Assembly: GCA_030432405.1 (NCBI GenBank)
Contig: JAUIHG010000003.1
Location: 1-58,540, forward strand
Direction: 5' to 3'
Length of the DNA: 58,540 nt
From: Bacteroidia bacterium
GTDB lineage: Bacteria; Bacteroidota; Bacteroidia; Chitinophagales; BACL12
Of the stretch, positions 19,597 through 29,091 are shown in pieces (positions within the stretch are counted from its first letter, which is position 1; each line of letters starts with the position of its first letter). The notes beneath the pieces are model-generated. The model did no database searches, was not told the origin of the DNA, and saw nothing but the letters and a program-made list of their open reading frames with translations. A program made the position numbers and the translations under genes.

Positions 19597-20049
19597 ATGT
19601 CTGTCAAACTCATTGAAAACGCCTTGGAGTGGCTGAAGCTTGAAGCCTTGCATTGGGTGAGCATGCGCTTGCCCAACCTGGCCATAGCTGGCGCCTCCTT
19701 ATACGCCGGACATCTGCTGGTCTTTTTACTGATCACCCTCGTGAGCGCATCCGCTACGGCTTACTATGCGCCCATATGGGCCGTTCCGCTGGTCATGTTG
19801 GCGGTCTGGCTGATCTTCTTTGCCGTGTTGTACCGCTTTCAACGCCAACTGGTCCTCCGTCCCATGGTGCGCCTGTTTTTAACGGGCGTCGGTGAAAAAC
19901 TGGAGGATGAGGATTTGCCCCAGAGTTTGGAAGGGCTTGAGCACAAAAAAGATCAAGTGCGCTTCCAAATGATGTCGGCGGCAGTATTCTACACTGCCGA
20001 ACAAGCTTTTCAGGCCAAATCCCAGTCCCCTGACAGCGGCGCAGCTTGA
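19597..20049 (+). CDS. Two-TM membrane protein (YqjE/holin-like partner of YtxH)
   Basis: Two hydrophobic helices, KLEALH N-terminal motif, position directly after ytxH; family call is inference. Confidence 0.55.
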   Translation: MSVKLIENALEWLKLEALHWVSMRLPNLAIAGASLYAGHLLVFLLITLVSASATAYYAPIWAVPLVMLAVWLIFFAVLYRFQRQLVLRPMVRLFLTGVGEKLEDEDLPQSLEGLEHKKDQVRFQMMSAAVFYTAEQAFQAKSQSPDSGAA

Positions 20050-20109
20050 TCCCTGCATTTTCACGGACGTCCCCATGGCTGTCCGTTATCCCCCAAAACC
20101 CCCTTTGTT

Positions 20110-20274
20110 ATGTTGAATTGGACCATATCCCTGTTGCTGATTGCCTTGATTGCCGGAATCCTCGGCTTCACGGGAATCGCTGGTGCTGCCGTTGGCATCG
20201 CCAAAATCATCTTCTTCATTTTTATCATCCTGTGGATCATCAGCCTGGTTGCTCGCAGCCTGCGATCCGCTTAA
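20110..20274 (+). CDS. DUF1328 family small membrane protein (54 aa, absent from the ORF track)
   Basis: Hand translation [54 protein letters not shown]. Confidence 0.9.
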   Translation: MLNWTISLLLIALIAGILGFTGIAGAAVGIAKIIFFIFIILWIISLVARSLRSA

Positions 20275-20286
20275 ACCCCGCATATC

Positions 20287-20487
20287 GTGGATCCCAAATT
20301 GAAATCCAAAATTCGCGCCAACTGGAAAACTGTTTCCGGCGAGCTCAAGTCCCGCTATGGCGAGATGGTCAACGACGAAGACCTCAAACTGGAAGGGGAC
20401 ATTGAGCAGACCTTTGGCCGTCTTGAGAACAAGACCCGAAAATCCATTCAGCAATTGGAGCAGGAAGTGGAGCAGATTCTGCTCTGA
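20287..20487 (+). CDS. CsbD family stress protein
   Basis: ANWKTVSGELKSRYGEMVNDEDLKLEGDIEQTFGRLE. Confidence 0.85.
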   Translation: MDPKLKSKIRANWKTVSGELKSRYGEMVNDEDLKLEGDIEQTFGRLENKTRKSIQQLEQEVEQILL

Positions 20488-20514
20488 CCACTGCATCCAC
20501 AATACGCCCCCCTG

Positions 20515-20546
20515 AAAAGGCTGCCCTATCCGGCAGCCTTTTTTTT
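20515..20546 (+). terminator. Rho-independent terminator after the CsbD gene
   Basis: AAAAGGCTGCC-CTATCC-GGCAGCC followed by T8. Confidence 0.85.
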
Positions 20547-20618
20547 GGCAGAACCCGTTGGAAATCCGACACAACCTTGTCACATGCAACCCTTTTCTGT
20601 TTTTGACCGTATGAACGC

Positions 20619-21800
20619 ATGGTATTTCTTTCTTATATGCGCACATACACACTACTCAACCTGGGGCCCCTGGCCAGAAGCTATCCCTTAAAGCTTTTGG
20701 CCATCGCCTTCATCGGCATTCACTTGCCTTTGATGGGCGTGTTGATCTACACTGCTGGCCATGTGATGGAGCACGCCAACGCCATCATCAGTCTGACCAT
20801 TCTGTTCACGGCCATTTCCACAACGATCACCCTGTATCTGCTGCATGACCTGCTAACGCCTGTCCGCAAGCTGAACAAGACCATGCAGCACTTCCACGCA
20901 ACAGGAGAACTGCTGCAATTGCCTACCGGATTTTCGGATGAAGTGGGCAAGCTGATGACCAGCACACAGGAGGTGTTGCGCGACCGCAAGGCGATGGAGC
21001 TCGAGCGCCAACGTATGGTGCAGCGCCTGCGGGTACGGAATCAAAACCTGCGCGACCAGTTGCTGATTACCCGGAACCTGGAGTCCTTCGAGCACCTGGC
21101 CTCGCATGACCTGCAGGAACCGATCCGGGCTCTGTGCATTGAACTGCAATACCTCAAACGCCTTTCCGGCGAAACCCTTTCCCAGGAACAGCAGGCCATT
21201 TGGGACCGGCTCTACGCCTCCTGCGAAAAGCTCAAGAACAGCATATCGGGGCTGGTGGAACTGGCGGGCCTTAAAAAACACCCTACGCCCATCCAGGTGG
21301 ATCTGCCCACGCTTTGGAAAACAGCCTGGGAAGAACAGGGTATGGACAGTCCGGCGCCGACCATGCCGGAACTCCAGCGCGTGGAAGGATCTCCGCTCTT
21401 GCTGCAACGGCTGTTTTCCGAGTTGATTGACAATGCCCGCAAGTTTCGTTCGCCGAGCAGGCCTTTATGCATCAGCATACACGCCAAACAAGACCGCAAC
21501 AACGTCTACCTGTGGATCGGCGACAACGGCATGGGCTTCGATGTGCAATTCAAAAACCGGATTTTCGCCACGTTTGAAAAACTGGATGGCGCGCAAACGG
21601 AAGGGGTTGGCCTGGGCCTGACCGTTTGCCGGGAAATCGCGGTGTTGCACGGAGGTACCCTGACCGCGGATTCCGAACAAGGCAAGGGAAGCACCTTCCT
21701 GTTGCAGCTGCCCATTTTGCAGCAACGGGATGCGGACAAATCCTTGCGGATTCAGGAAGGAAGGCCGTTTGGTCAGCCAGGGTACAGCATCTCGGCGTAA
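20619..21800 (+). CDS. Membrane sensor histidine kinase (2 TM, HAMP-like linker) with no adjacent regulator
   Basis: ASHDLQEP, LIDNARKF, DNGMGF, GVGLGL, GKGSTF; DEVGKL HAMP-like motif. Confidence 0.88.
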   Translation: MVFLSYMRTYTLLNLGPLARSYPLKLLAIAFIGIHLPLMGVLIYTAGHVMEHANAIISLTILFTAISTTITLYLLHDLLTPVRKLNKTMQHFHATGELLQLPTGFSDEVGKLMTSTQEVLRDRKAMELERQRMVQRLRVRNQNLRDQLLITRNLESFEHLASHDLQEPIRALCIELQYLKRLSGETLSQEQQAIWDRLYASCEKLKNSISGLVELAGLKKHPTPIQVDLPTLWKTAWEEQGMDSPAPTMPELQRVEGSPLLLQRLFSELIDNARKFRSPSRPLCISIHAKQDRNNVYLWIGDNGMGFDVQFKNRIFATFEKLDGAQTEGVGLGLTVCREIAVLHGGTLTADSEQGKGSTFLLQLPILQQRDADKSLRIQEGRPFGQPGYSISA

Positions 21801-21805
21801 GTTTG
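21798..21805 (+). promoter_or_regulatory. Bacteroidota -7 promoter element for hflX
   Basis: TAAGTTTG, overlapping the kinase stop codon. Confidence 0.45.
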
Positions 21806-21830
21806 GTTGCTGCATCCCGCAGCCCGTACC

Positions 21831-23030
21831 ATGCCCAACGCCAAGTTTCAGGTCGACAATGCCCAGCAGCCGGAAAAGGCCGTGCTGGTTGGTCTCGTGA
21901 CCCGCGAACAGCGGGAGGAGGAGGTTATGGAGTACCTGGAGGAACTCGCCTTTCTGGCGAAAACCGCCGGTGCCCATACGCAGAAACGCTACTGGCAGAA
22001 GCTCGACATGCCGGATCAGCGGCATTATGTGGGCAAGGGCAAACTCGAAGAAATCACCGAGTACGTGCACGCGCATGACATCGACGTGGTGATTTTTGAC
22101 GACGAAATCAGCCCCTCCCAATTGCGCAACCTGGAACGGGCCCTCAAGGTCAAGGTGCTGGACCGCGCGATGCTGATCCTCGACATCTTCGCCCAACGGG
22201 CGCGCACCGTGCAGGCCAGAACCCAGGTGGAATTGGCCCAAACCAAATACATGCTCCCTCGCCTGCGCGGTTTGTGGACCCACCTGGACCGGGTCAAGGG
22301 GGGCATCGGCATGCGGGGCGCCGGGGAAAAGGAAATTGAAACCGACCGCCGGATTGCCCAGCAGCGCATCGCCCTGCTCAAGGAGCAGCTTTCCAAGATC
22401 GACCGGCAAAACGCCACACAGCGCAAAAACCGCGACGAACTGATCCGCGTAGCGCTGGTGGGGTATACCAACGTGGGCAAGAGCACGCTCATGCGCATCC
22501 TGGCCAAAAGCGATGCGTTTGCGGAAAACAAGCTTTTTGCCACCCTGGATACCACGGTGCGCAAGGTGGTCCTCGAACGCACGCCCTTTTTGCTCTCGGA
22601 TACGGTAGGCTTTATCCGCAAGCTGCCGCACGACCTGGTGGAGAGTTTCAAGTCCACCCTGGACGAGGTCCGCGAATCGGACATCCTGCTGCACGTCATC
22701 GACATTGCCCACCCGCGTTTTGAAGACCATATGGCCGTGGTGCAGAACACGCTGGAGGAACTCGACGCGGGCGACAAGCCAACGCTCCTGGTCTTCAACA
22801 AGATGGACCGCTACGAGGAGCTGCAGTTTGACCCCTATCTGCCAGAGGAGGAAAAACGCGGGCTATTGGAACAACTGGAACGTTCCTGGGCCAAACGCAG
22901 CGAGAACCACGCCGTATTTGTGGCCGCGGCCGAAAAGCGCAACATCGAGGGCTTGCGCGAGCGTTTGCACGAGATGGTCCAGGACGCGTACCGCGAACGC
23001 TACCCCTACCGGACCCGCGAATGGTCCTGA
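21831..23030 (+). CDS. hflX: GTPase HflX
   Basis: LILDIFAQRA, GAGEKEIETDRR, GYTNVGKST, LFATLDTT, DTVGFI, NKMD. Confidence 0.97.
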   Translation: MPNAKFQVDNAQQPEKAVLVGLVTREQREEEVMEYLEELAFLAKTAGAHTQKRYWQKLDMPDQRHYVGKGKLEEITEYVHAHDIDVVIFDDEISPSQLRNLERALKVKVLDRAMLILDIFAQRARTVQARTQVELAQTKYMLPRLRGLWTHLDRVKGGIGMRGAGEKEIETDRRIAQQRIALLKEQLSKIDRQNATQRKNRDELIRVALVGYTNVGKSTLMRILAKSDAFAENKLFATLDTTVRKVVLERTPFLLSDTVGFIRKLPHDLVESFKSTLDEVRESDILLHVIDIAHPRFEDHMAVVQNTLEELDAGDKPTLLVFNKMDRYEELQFDPYLPEEEKRGLLEQLERSWAKRSENHAVFVAAAEKRNIEGLRERLHEMVQDAYRERYPYRTREWS

Positions 23031-23144
23031 GGTGTACAGGATGCCTTTTTCAGAGCATAGGCATCTCTTTTCTTGGCTTTGGGCTGTTTGTTGGAAATAG
23101 TAGCTTTACTATTACTCCTTCACGCTACGACCCAAACCTCCTCC

Positions 23145-24767
23145 ATGGCCAATTCTAAGAACCTCTTCGCCAATTGGCGGCAAGACCTGCCCGCAGGGCT
23201 GGTGGTATTCCTGGTGGCCGTCCCGCTCTGCCTGGGCATTGCGCTGGCTTCGGGCGTACCGCTGTTTGCGGGGCTCATTGCCGGCATCGTCGGGGGCACG
23301 ATCGTGGCGGCCATCAGCGGTTCGCCGTTAGGCGTCAGTGGCCCCGCCGCCGGTCTGGTGGCCATCGTCCTGGTGGCCATTGAGAGCCTGGGCTATGAAA
23401 TGTTTCTGCTGGCCGTGGTGCTGGCGGGTGTGATGCAGTTTGTGCTCGGCCTCGCGCGGGCCGGCATCATTGCCTACTATTTCCCCTCGTCCGTGATCAA
23501 AGGCATGCTCTCGGGCATTGGTTTGATCATCATCCTCAAGCAGATTCCCCATGCGTTGGGCCATGACGAGGACTACGAAGGCGACCTCGACTTCCTGCAA
23601 CAGGACGGCGAAAACACCTTCACGGCATTCCTCAGCGCGCTGCAGCCCGGCTCCTGGACTACCGGAGCTGTGGTCATTTCTGCGGTCTGTCTGGCCATCC
23701 TCATTTTGTGGGAACAGCCGTTCATGAAGCGCGTTTCGTTGTTCAAGATCATCCAGGGCCCGTTGGTGGCGGTGATCGCCGGCGTGGTCATGCAATTGGT
23801 CTTTGCAGGTGGAAGCCTTGGCCTGAGCGGCGAACACCTGGTCACCCTGCCGGTGGCCGGTAGCTTCAACGATTTTCTGGGCCAGTTCACCATGCCGGAC
23901 TTCAGCGGATTTGCCAATGCACAGGTGTGGGTGACCGCCGCTACGCTGGCCCTGGTAGCGAGCATGGAAACCCTGCTCTGCGTGGAGGCCACCGACAAGC
24001 TGGACCCACACAAACGCCTTACCCCGACAAACCGCGAACTCCAAGCGCAGGGCGTGGGCAATATGGTCAGCGGCCTGATCGGCGGCCTGCCCGTCACCCA
24101 GGTGATCGTGCGCTCCTCGGCCAACATCCAGTCCGGTGGCCAGACCAAACTATCGGCCATTTTCCACGGCGTCCTTTTGCTGTTGAGCGTAGCCCTCATT
24201 CCGGGCATCCTCAACATGGTGCCGCTTGCCAGCCTGGCGGCCATCCTGCTGATGGTGGGCTACAAACTGGCCAAACCTTCGCTGTTCCGCGAACAGTTTG
24301 CCCACGGCTGGACGGTGTTCATTCCGTTTGTAGTCACCATCGTGGCCATCCTGGTCACGGACCTGCTGATCGGCATTGGCGTGGGCATGGCGGTGGCCAT
24401 TTTCTTCATCCTCCTGCGCCACTTCCGCACGCCGTTTTTCATCGATCAGGCCCTGGAAGGCGAGCAAACCGTGTTGACCATCACGTTTGCCGAAGACGTT
24501 TCCTTCCTCCACAAGGCAGGCTTGCTGACCACGCTCAAGCGCCTGCCCAACGGTTCCAAGGTGATCATCGACGGACACAATGCCCGGCGTATGGACGCCG
24601 ACATCCAGATCGTGATGGAAGAGTTCATGGAAACCGTGGAGGAGCGCAGCATCACCGTGGACCTGCAGGGTCTTGACCCAAAAACCATGTTGCCCGTTAC
24701 CCCTAGACCGGCACAAGTTCCCCCCTCCGCTCGTCCGGCGCATAAGGCGGCCGAAATGATGAAATAG
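23145..24767 (+). CDS. SulP family inorganic anion transporter
   Basis: DLPAGLVVFLVAVPLCLGIALASG, VSGPAAG, LPVTQVIVRSSAN. Confidence 0.93.
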   Translation: MANSKNLFANWRQDLPAGLVVFLVAVPLCLGIALASGVPLFAGLIAGIVGGTIVAAISGSPLGVSGPAAGLVAIVLVAIESLGYEMFLLAVVLAGVMQFVLGLARAGIIAYYFPSSVIKGMLSGIGLIIILKQIPHALGHDEDYEGDLDFLQQDGENTFTAFLSALQPGSWTTGAVVISAVCLAILILWEQPFMKRVSLFKIIQGPLVAVIAGVVMQLVFAGGSLGLSGEHLVTLPVAGSFNDFLGQFTMPDFSGFANAQVWVTAATLALVASMETLLCVEATDKLDPHKRLTPTNRELQAQGVGNMVSGLIGGLPVTQVIVRSSANIQSGGQTKLSAIFHGVLLLLSVALIPGILNMVPLASLAAILLMVGYKLAKPSLFREQFAHGWTVFIPFVVTIVAILVTDLLIGIGVGMAVAIFFILLRHFRTPFFIDQALEGEQTVLTITFAEDVSFLHKAGLLTTLKRLPNGSKVIIDGHNARRMDADIQIVMEEFMETVEERSITVDLQGLDPKTMLPVTPRPAQVPPSARPAHKAAEMMK

Positions 24768-24794
24768 CCGCCACCGCGCGCATAGGCATACCCC

Positions 24795-25541
24795 ATGAGC
24801 AAAAAAACCCCCGGCTCCCAGGATAGGCCAAGATTGCCCGAAGTGCCCAGTGCTTCCAGCATTTCGGTCAAAATCCACCTCAACGAAAGCCTGTTCCTTC
24901 GGGATCCGCAGGATTCCAAACTCGGCAGAAGCATTCTGCACGATGGTGCTGAACTCATCGACGAGCTCGGCTTCGAGGCCTTTACGTTCAAGAAGCTGGC
25001 CAAAAAAATGGGCTCCACCGAGGCGTCCATCTACCGCTATTTTGCCAACAAGCACCTCCTGCTGGTGTATCTGGCCTCCCTGTACTGGGCCTGGATCGAT
25101 TTTCGAATCCAAACCGAAACCGCGCACCTGCCGGAACCCAGTGACAAGATCCACAAGGTGATCGCCATTTTGATCCGCGCGGCCCAGCACCGCTCCGAAA
25201 TGGACCTGGTGGACATGAAGGTGCTTTACCGCATCGTGGTGGCGGAAAGCACCAAGGTCTACCACACCAAAACGGTGGACGAGGAAAACAAGTTGGGCCT
25301 GTTTTTGACCTACAAAGCGCTCTGCCGCCGGATAGCGGACATCCTGCTGTTGTACCGCTCGGATTACCCCTATCCGCGTACGCTGGCCAGCACCATGCTG
25401 GAGATGGCCAAAGACCAGGTCTACTTTGCCCAGCACCTGCCCCGTTTGACCGACATTCAACTCCAAGAGGGGAACCTCCAGCCTGTGGCCGACTGGCTGC
25501 AGCACCTGGTGTTCGGACAACTGGACAGTTTCAAAAGCTGA
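24795..25541 (+). CDS. TetR/AcrR family regulator
   Basis: GFEAFTFKKLAKKMGSTEASIYRYFANKH HTH. Confidence 0.9.
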   Translation: MSKKTPGSQDRPRLPEVPSASSISVKIHLNESLFLRDPQDSKLGRSILHDGAELIDELGFEAFTFKKLAKKMGSTEASIYRYFANKHLLLVYLASLYWAWIDFRIQTETAHLPEPSDKIHKVIAILIRAAQHRSEMDLVDMKVLYRIVVAESTKVYHTKTVDEENKLGLFLTYKALCRRIADILLLYRSDYPYPRTLASTMLEMAKDQVYFAQHLPRLTDIQLQEGNLQPVADWLQHLVFGQLDSFKS

Positions 25542-25568
25542 ACTGAATTTCGTCCTGACGGTATTTGA

Positions 25569-25576
25569 TACCTTTG
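25569..25576 (+). promoter_or_regulatory. Bacteroidota -7 promoter element
   Basis: TACCTTTG upstream of the YegP-family ATG. Confidence 0.5.
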
Positions 25577-25598
25577 GGCAAACCCAACCCGAAGCACC

Positions 25599-25928
25599 AT
25601 GCCTTTCGAACTGTACAAAAGCGATTCTTCCGGCAAATACCACTTTCGCCTCAAGGCCAAAAACGGTGAAATCATCTTGACGAGCCAAGGCTACGCCAAG
25701 AAGGCTTCCGCCGAAAACGGCATCGACTCGGTGGTGAAAAACGCCAGCGAAGACTCCTTTGAAGTCAAGACGGCCTCCGACGGCCGAGAGTACTTTGTGC
25801 TCAAAGCCACCAACGGACAAGTCATCGGCCAAAGCCAGATGTACAAGTCCCACTCGGGCTGCACCAACGGCGTGCAATCGGTCATCCGCAACGCCAAGGA
25901 AGGCGGCATCAAGGACCTGACCGAGTAA
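25599..25928 (+). CDS. yegP: YegP (DUF1508 x2) family protein
   Basis: Two repeats: FRLKAKNGEIILTSQGY and FVLKATNGQVIGQSQMY. Confidence 0.9.
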   Translation: MPFELYKSDSSGKYHFRLKAKNGEIILTSQGYAKKASAENGIDSVVKNASEDSFEVKTASDGREYFVLKATNGQVIGQSQMYKSHSGCTNGVQSVIRNAKEGGIKDLTE

Positions 25929-26173
25929 GGCCTCCAAAGGTCCGGGGCCGAAAACGGTCCCTTCCGGGAAGCAGCGCGGTCCATGGAAAACCGGTGCATA
26001 CCGGGTTCCGGCAGTGCAAGCTGCAGGTCCATCAAGGCTGCTTGCCCATCAACAGAAACGCATCCGGGCGGTTTCCCAATCAGGGAGACCGCCCGTCTTG
26101 TTGTTGTAAAACGCCGGGTCCGGGTTCGACCCCGTCTCGGGCTGGCCTTGCATGGCCTTGCGCCAAACCGAGT

Positions 26174-26203
26174 TGTGGTGTGGTGTGGTGCGGTGTGGTG
26201 CGC
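26174..26203. repeat. Pentamer tandem repeat (TGTGG/TGCGG), about 6 copies
   Basis: tgtgg tgtgg tgtgg tgcgg tgtgg tgcgc. Confidence 0.7.
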
Positions 26204-26292
26204 TTCGCGCGAACGCGCTGCCCGGCAACGGCGTTTTGTACCGCGCGTTCTGTTATACCGCGCGTTCCGCTATGGGAAACCCTGGATGGGGC

Positions 26293-27402
26293 TTATTCCC
26301 AGCCCATCGCCTGGCGCATCTTGGCGTGTATGGCCGTGTTCTCGTACATGCCGGCAAACAGCTCGGAAGAAGGGCCATACGCAAACACCGGTACCATGGT
26401 GGCCGTGTGCTTTTTGGTCGTGAAGGCGGTCTCAAAGGCAAACTCGTCCAGAATGCCCTTGTTGATGGCATAACCGCCCGTTTCGTGGTCCGCGGTGACC
26501 ACCACCAGGGTTTCGCCGTCCTGTTCCGCCCAATCCAGAATGGCGTTCAGGGTACGGTCAAAATCCAGCATCTCGTCCACGATCCAGTCGGAATCGTTGG
26601 CGTGTCCTCCCCAGTCGATTTGGGAGCCTTCCACCACGAGGAAAAAGGGCGCCTTGTTGGCTTCCAATTGCTCGATGGCCTTCATGCTGGCCGTGCGCAG
26701 GTAATCGAAAGGGCGTTGCTTGGCGCGCGGCGGTTCCACGCCGGGCAAGAGCACCATCTGGCGCGTCTTTTTCTGGATCCGCAAGTCGTCCAGTTTGGTG
26801 TGGACCCTGATCCCGCGCTCCGTCATTACCCGCACCAGATCCCGGCCATCCTGGCGGGCGTTGAATTGATCCAGGCCGTAGCCGATGGCCACATCCACCT
26901 GCGACAGTGCCAGGTCTTCGGCAATGGCCTCATAGTGGTTGCGGTCGTCGTCATGCGCATAAAAGCAAGCTGGCGTGGCATGGGTGATGGTGCTGGTGAC
27001 CGCCAGGCCCGTTTCATAGCCCTGCGCTTCGGCCTCTTCAAAGAGGGTTTGCAGGGGATTTTTGTTTTGGTCTACTGCGATGGCCCCGTTGTAGGTTTTT
27101 TCCCCGGTCGAAAAAGCCGTGGCACCCGCTGCTGAGTCGGTGATCAGGTCGTCGGCCGAATGCGTCTTCTGTACGCCCACGATCGGGAAGCGCTCAAAGA
27201 CGCTTTTGTTGTTGTTGGCGTAGTTGCCGGCCGTGATCTGGCTCAGGCCCATGCCGTCGCCCACCACAAAAATGACGTTGCGTACAGGCCGCTTGGGGTT
27301 GTGCACGGTTTCGGACAGGTATCCGGTACTGCTGCAGCCCGAGTGCAGGCTCGGCAGCAAAACGGCAACAGCGGTCAGGGCGAGGGTTCGGACAAAACGC
27401 AT
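26293..27402 (-). CDS. phoA: Alkaline phosphatase (PhoA family), probable lipoprotein
   Basis: GDGMG, TDSAAGATA, HATPA, VEGSQIDWGGH, TADHETGG; LHSGC lipobox. Confidence 0.92.
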   Translation of the reverse strand: MRFVRTLALTAVAVLLPSLHSGCSSTGYLSETVHNPKRPVRNVIFVVGDGMGLSQITAGNYANNNKSVFERFPIVGVQKTHSADDLITDSAAGATAFSTGEKTYNGAIAVDQNKNPLQTLFEEAEAQGYETGLAVTSTITHATPACFYAHDDDRNHYEAIAEDLALSQVDVAIGYGLDQFNARQDGRDLVRVMTERGIRVHTKLDDLRIQKKTRQMVLLPGVEPPRAKQRPFDYLRTASMKAIEQLEANKAPFFLVVEGSQIDWGGHANDSDWIVDEMLDFDRTLNAILDWAEQDGETLVVVTADHETGGYAINKGILDEFAFETAFTTKKHTATMVPVFAYGPSSELFAGMYENTAIHAKMRQAMGWE

Positions 27403-27565
27403 GGAAAGGGGTTGGCAGGTCGGGAAAACTATGGGCACAAAGATCCCAAGCCCGGTCCGCAAGCACCACCCCTTTTTGCCTTCCGGCGAAAAACTTCACA
27501 ATCCGGCAAGATTCCGGATTGGCCACCTGCAATGCATTCCACCGCGTGTCTGAACCCTGACGGCC

Positions 27566-28804
27566 TCAGAAATCGCCCTGGAAAATGAACACCGGCCAGC
27601 CGTCCGGACTGGTGGCCACCCCATTCTGGATGGGGCCATTGCCGGCGCCGGGAATGGCATTTTGAACCTCCACGCCTTCGGCCTGCAAGGCCTCAATGCG
27701 CTCCGGCGCATTGCTGGAGAAATAGGTCAGCGCGGGTTTGTCAAAATGGGTGCTCTGGTGCAGGCCCAGGTTGATGGCGCCATCGCTGACAATGCCCCAG
27801 GGGTAGGGAACGGTGTTGTCGCCAGTGCTTTTGTAACCGACCATGCCGTACCAGGCCTTGGCCGAGTCGTAGTGCGTTACCGGAATGGCGATTTCGCCGA
27901 AGGCGCCGAGCTTGCCTTCATTGCCCTTTTTCGGCATGGCATGCGGTATATCAAAAGCAATAAAACCCAAACCAAAAATGGAGTCCGGATCTACAAAAAT
28001 GGTGTTTGGCGCCGGGCTCGACAGTTCCATCATGGGGATGGCGCCGGCCGCTTTGGCCTGCTCGGCCCTTTTGCGTGCCGCTTTCTGCCCAAAAACGCTC
28101 ACACCGAAATAGGTCATGCCGTCCATGTTCAATTGCACATTGACCGCGCCATCACTGAGCAGCACCCAGGGCCATGGAGCGTTGTCCTGGGCCAGCATTT
28201 TAAAGCCGAGTTTCTTGTAAAAGGCCACGTTGGCGGCCAGGTCCTCTGTGCCTATGGAAATGTGGGCGTAGGTATTGCTGGCTTCCATGGCGTCGGCAGC
28301 AGCACCGGACTCCGGGATATAATCGTAGTTGTATTCGATCTGTTCGTCGCCTTCGCTGCCCTCCAGGCGCACATTGGAACCTCCGGGATCTATGGTGTAG
28401 GTGATGCGGGAGGGCAGGTCGTGCTCGGGATTCTCAAAAACAACGCGGCCATCGGACCATTCGGTGATGTCAAAATCCACGGCTTCCTGACCCTGGACCT
28501 GAACGGTGTATACCCATTGCCCGTCCACGCGGTGCACCTCGAAAGTTTCAAAAAGGCGTTCGCCTTCCGAAAGGCGGGCAACGGCTTTGCCCGAATACCC
28601 TTCCCCGTTTTCGGCCATCTCCCAGGTCTCGTAGAGGTTCATTTGCGGGATGTGCCAGGTGCCCAGCAGAAAATCGAGTTCAGGCTTTTCCTGGGCCTTG
28701 CTTTGGCCAAAGGCAAAAAGCAAAAACGCAAAAGAAGCCGCGGCGAGCATCCGGGTGTTCAGTACCCGCAATGCATTTGCAAGGGATTTGGTCGTGGTGC
28801 GCAT
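27566..28804 (-). CDS. Secreted DUF6265-like domain fused to VOC/glyoxalase-like domains
   Basis: LDFLLGTW...YETW...VFENPEHDLPSRITY, followed by HISIGTEDL..FYKKLGF and GEIAIPV..LGLHQ. Confidence 0.65.
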   Translation of the reverse strand: MRTTTKSLANALRVLNTRMLAAASFAFLLFAFGQSKAQEKPELDFLLGTWHIPQMNLYETWEMAENGEGYSGKAVARLSEGERLFETFEVHRVDGQWVYTVQVQGQEAVDFDITEWSDGRVVFENPEHDLPSRITYTIDPGGSNVRLEGSEGDEQIEYNYDYIPESGAAADAMEASNTYAHISIGTEDLAANVAFYKKLGFKMLAQDNAPWPWVLLSDGAVNVQLNMDGMTYFGVSVFGQKAARKRAEQAKAAGAIPMMELSSPAPNTIFVDPDSIFGLGFIAFDIPHAMPKKGNEGKLGAFGEIAIPVTHYDSAKAWYGMVGYKSTGDNTVPYPWGIVSDGAINLGLHQSTHFDKPALTYFSSNAPERIEALQAEGVEVQNAIPGAGNGPIQNGVATSPDGWPVFIFQGDF

Positions 28805-29005
28805 GAAGTGTGTTCTGTAGGGTGTGTTTGGGCTTGGCGTCCGCAGTGCAGCGCTCGATGGAGTACGATATGGGCATTCGGACGCGGTGGGCCTGTGAAG
28901 ATGCGGCAGGCTTGGGGGATATCAAATGCCGGAATTCGGGGATCTGCGCGTCAAAACAGCAGATGGGCCCCCAAACCGAAGCTTGGGTAGGCATCCCTAG
29001 ACCAC

Positions 29006-29062
29006 AAAAAAACCGCCCGCTGCTCCGATCCCACGCAATGCGCAACCGGAACAACGGGCGGT
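29006..29062 (-). terminator. Rho-independent terminator after the YceI gene
   Basis: ACCGCCCG...CGGGCGGT stem with a T7 run on the minus strand. Confidence 0.6.
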
Positions 29063-29091
29063 AATGCCTTTATATAAGGTGGCTCGCAAGG

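Noticed and set aside
19597-20049. Holin-like gene as evidence of a prophage
   Set aside because: No phage genes nearby; the YtxH/CsbD context indicates a stress-operon membrane protein.
26083-26140. tRNA-like GGGTTCGACCC arm preceded by TTGTAAA
   Set aside because: The T-loop would be 5 nt instead of 7, there is no D-arm, and no cloverleaf or CCA end can be built.
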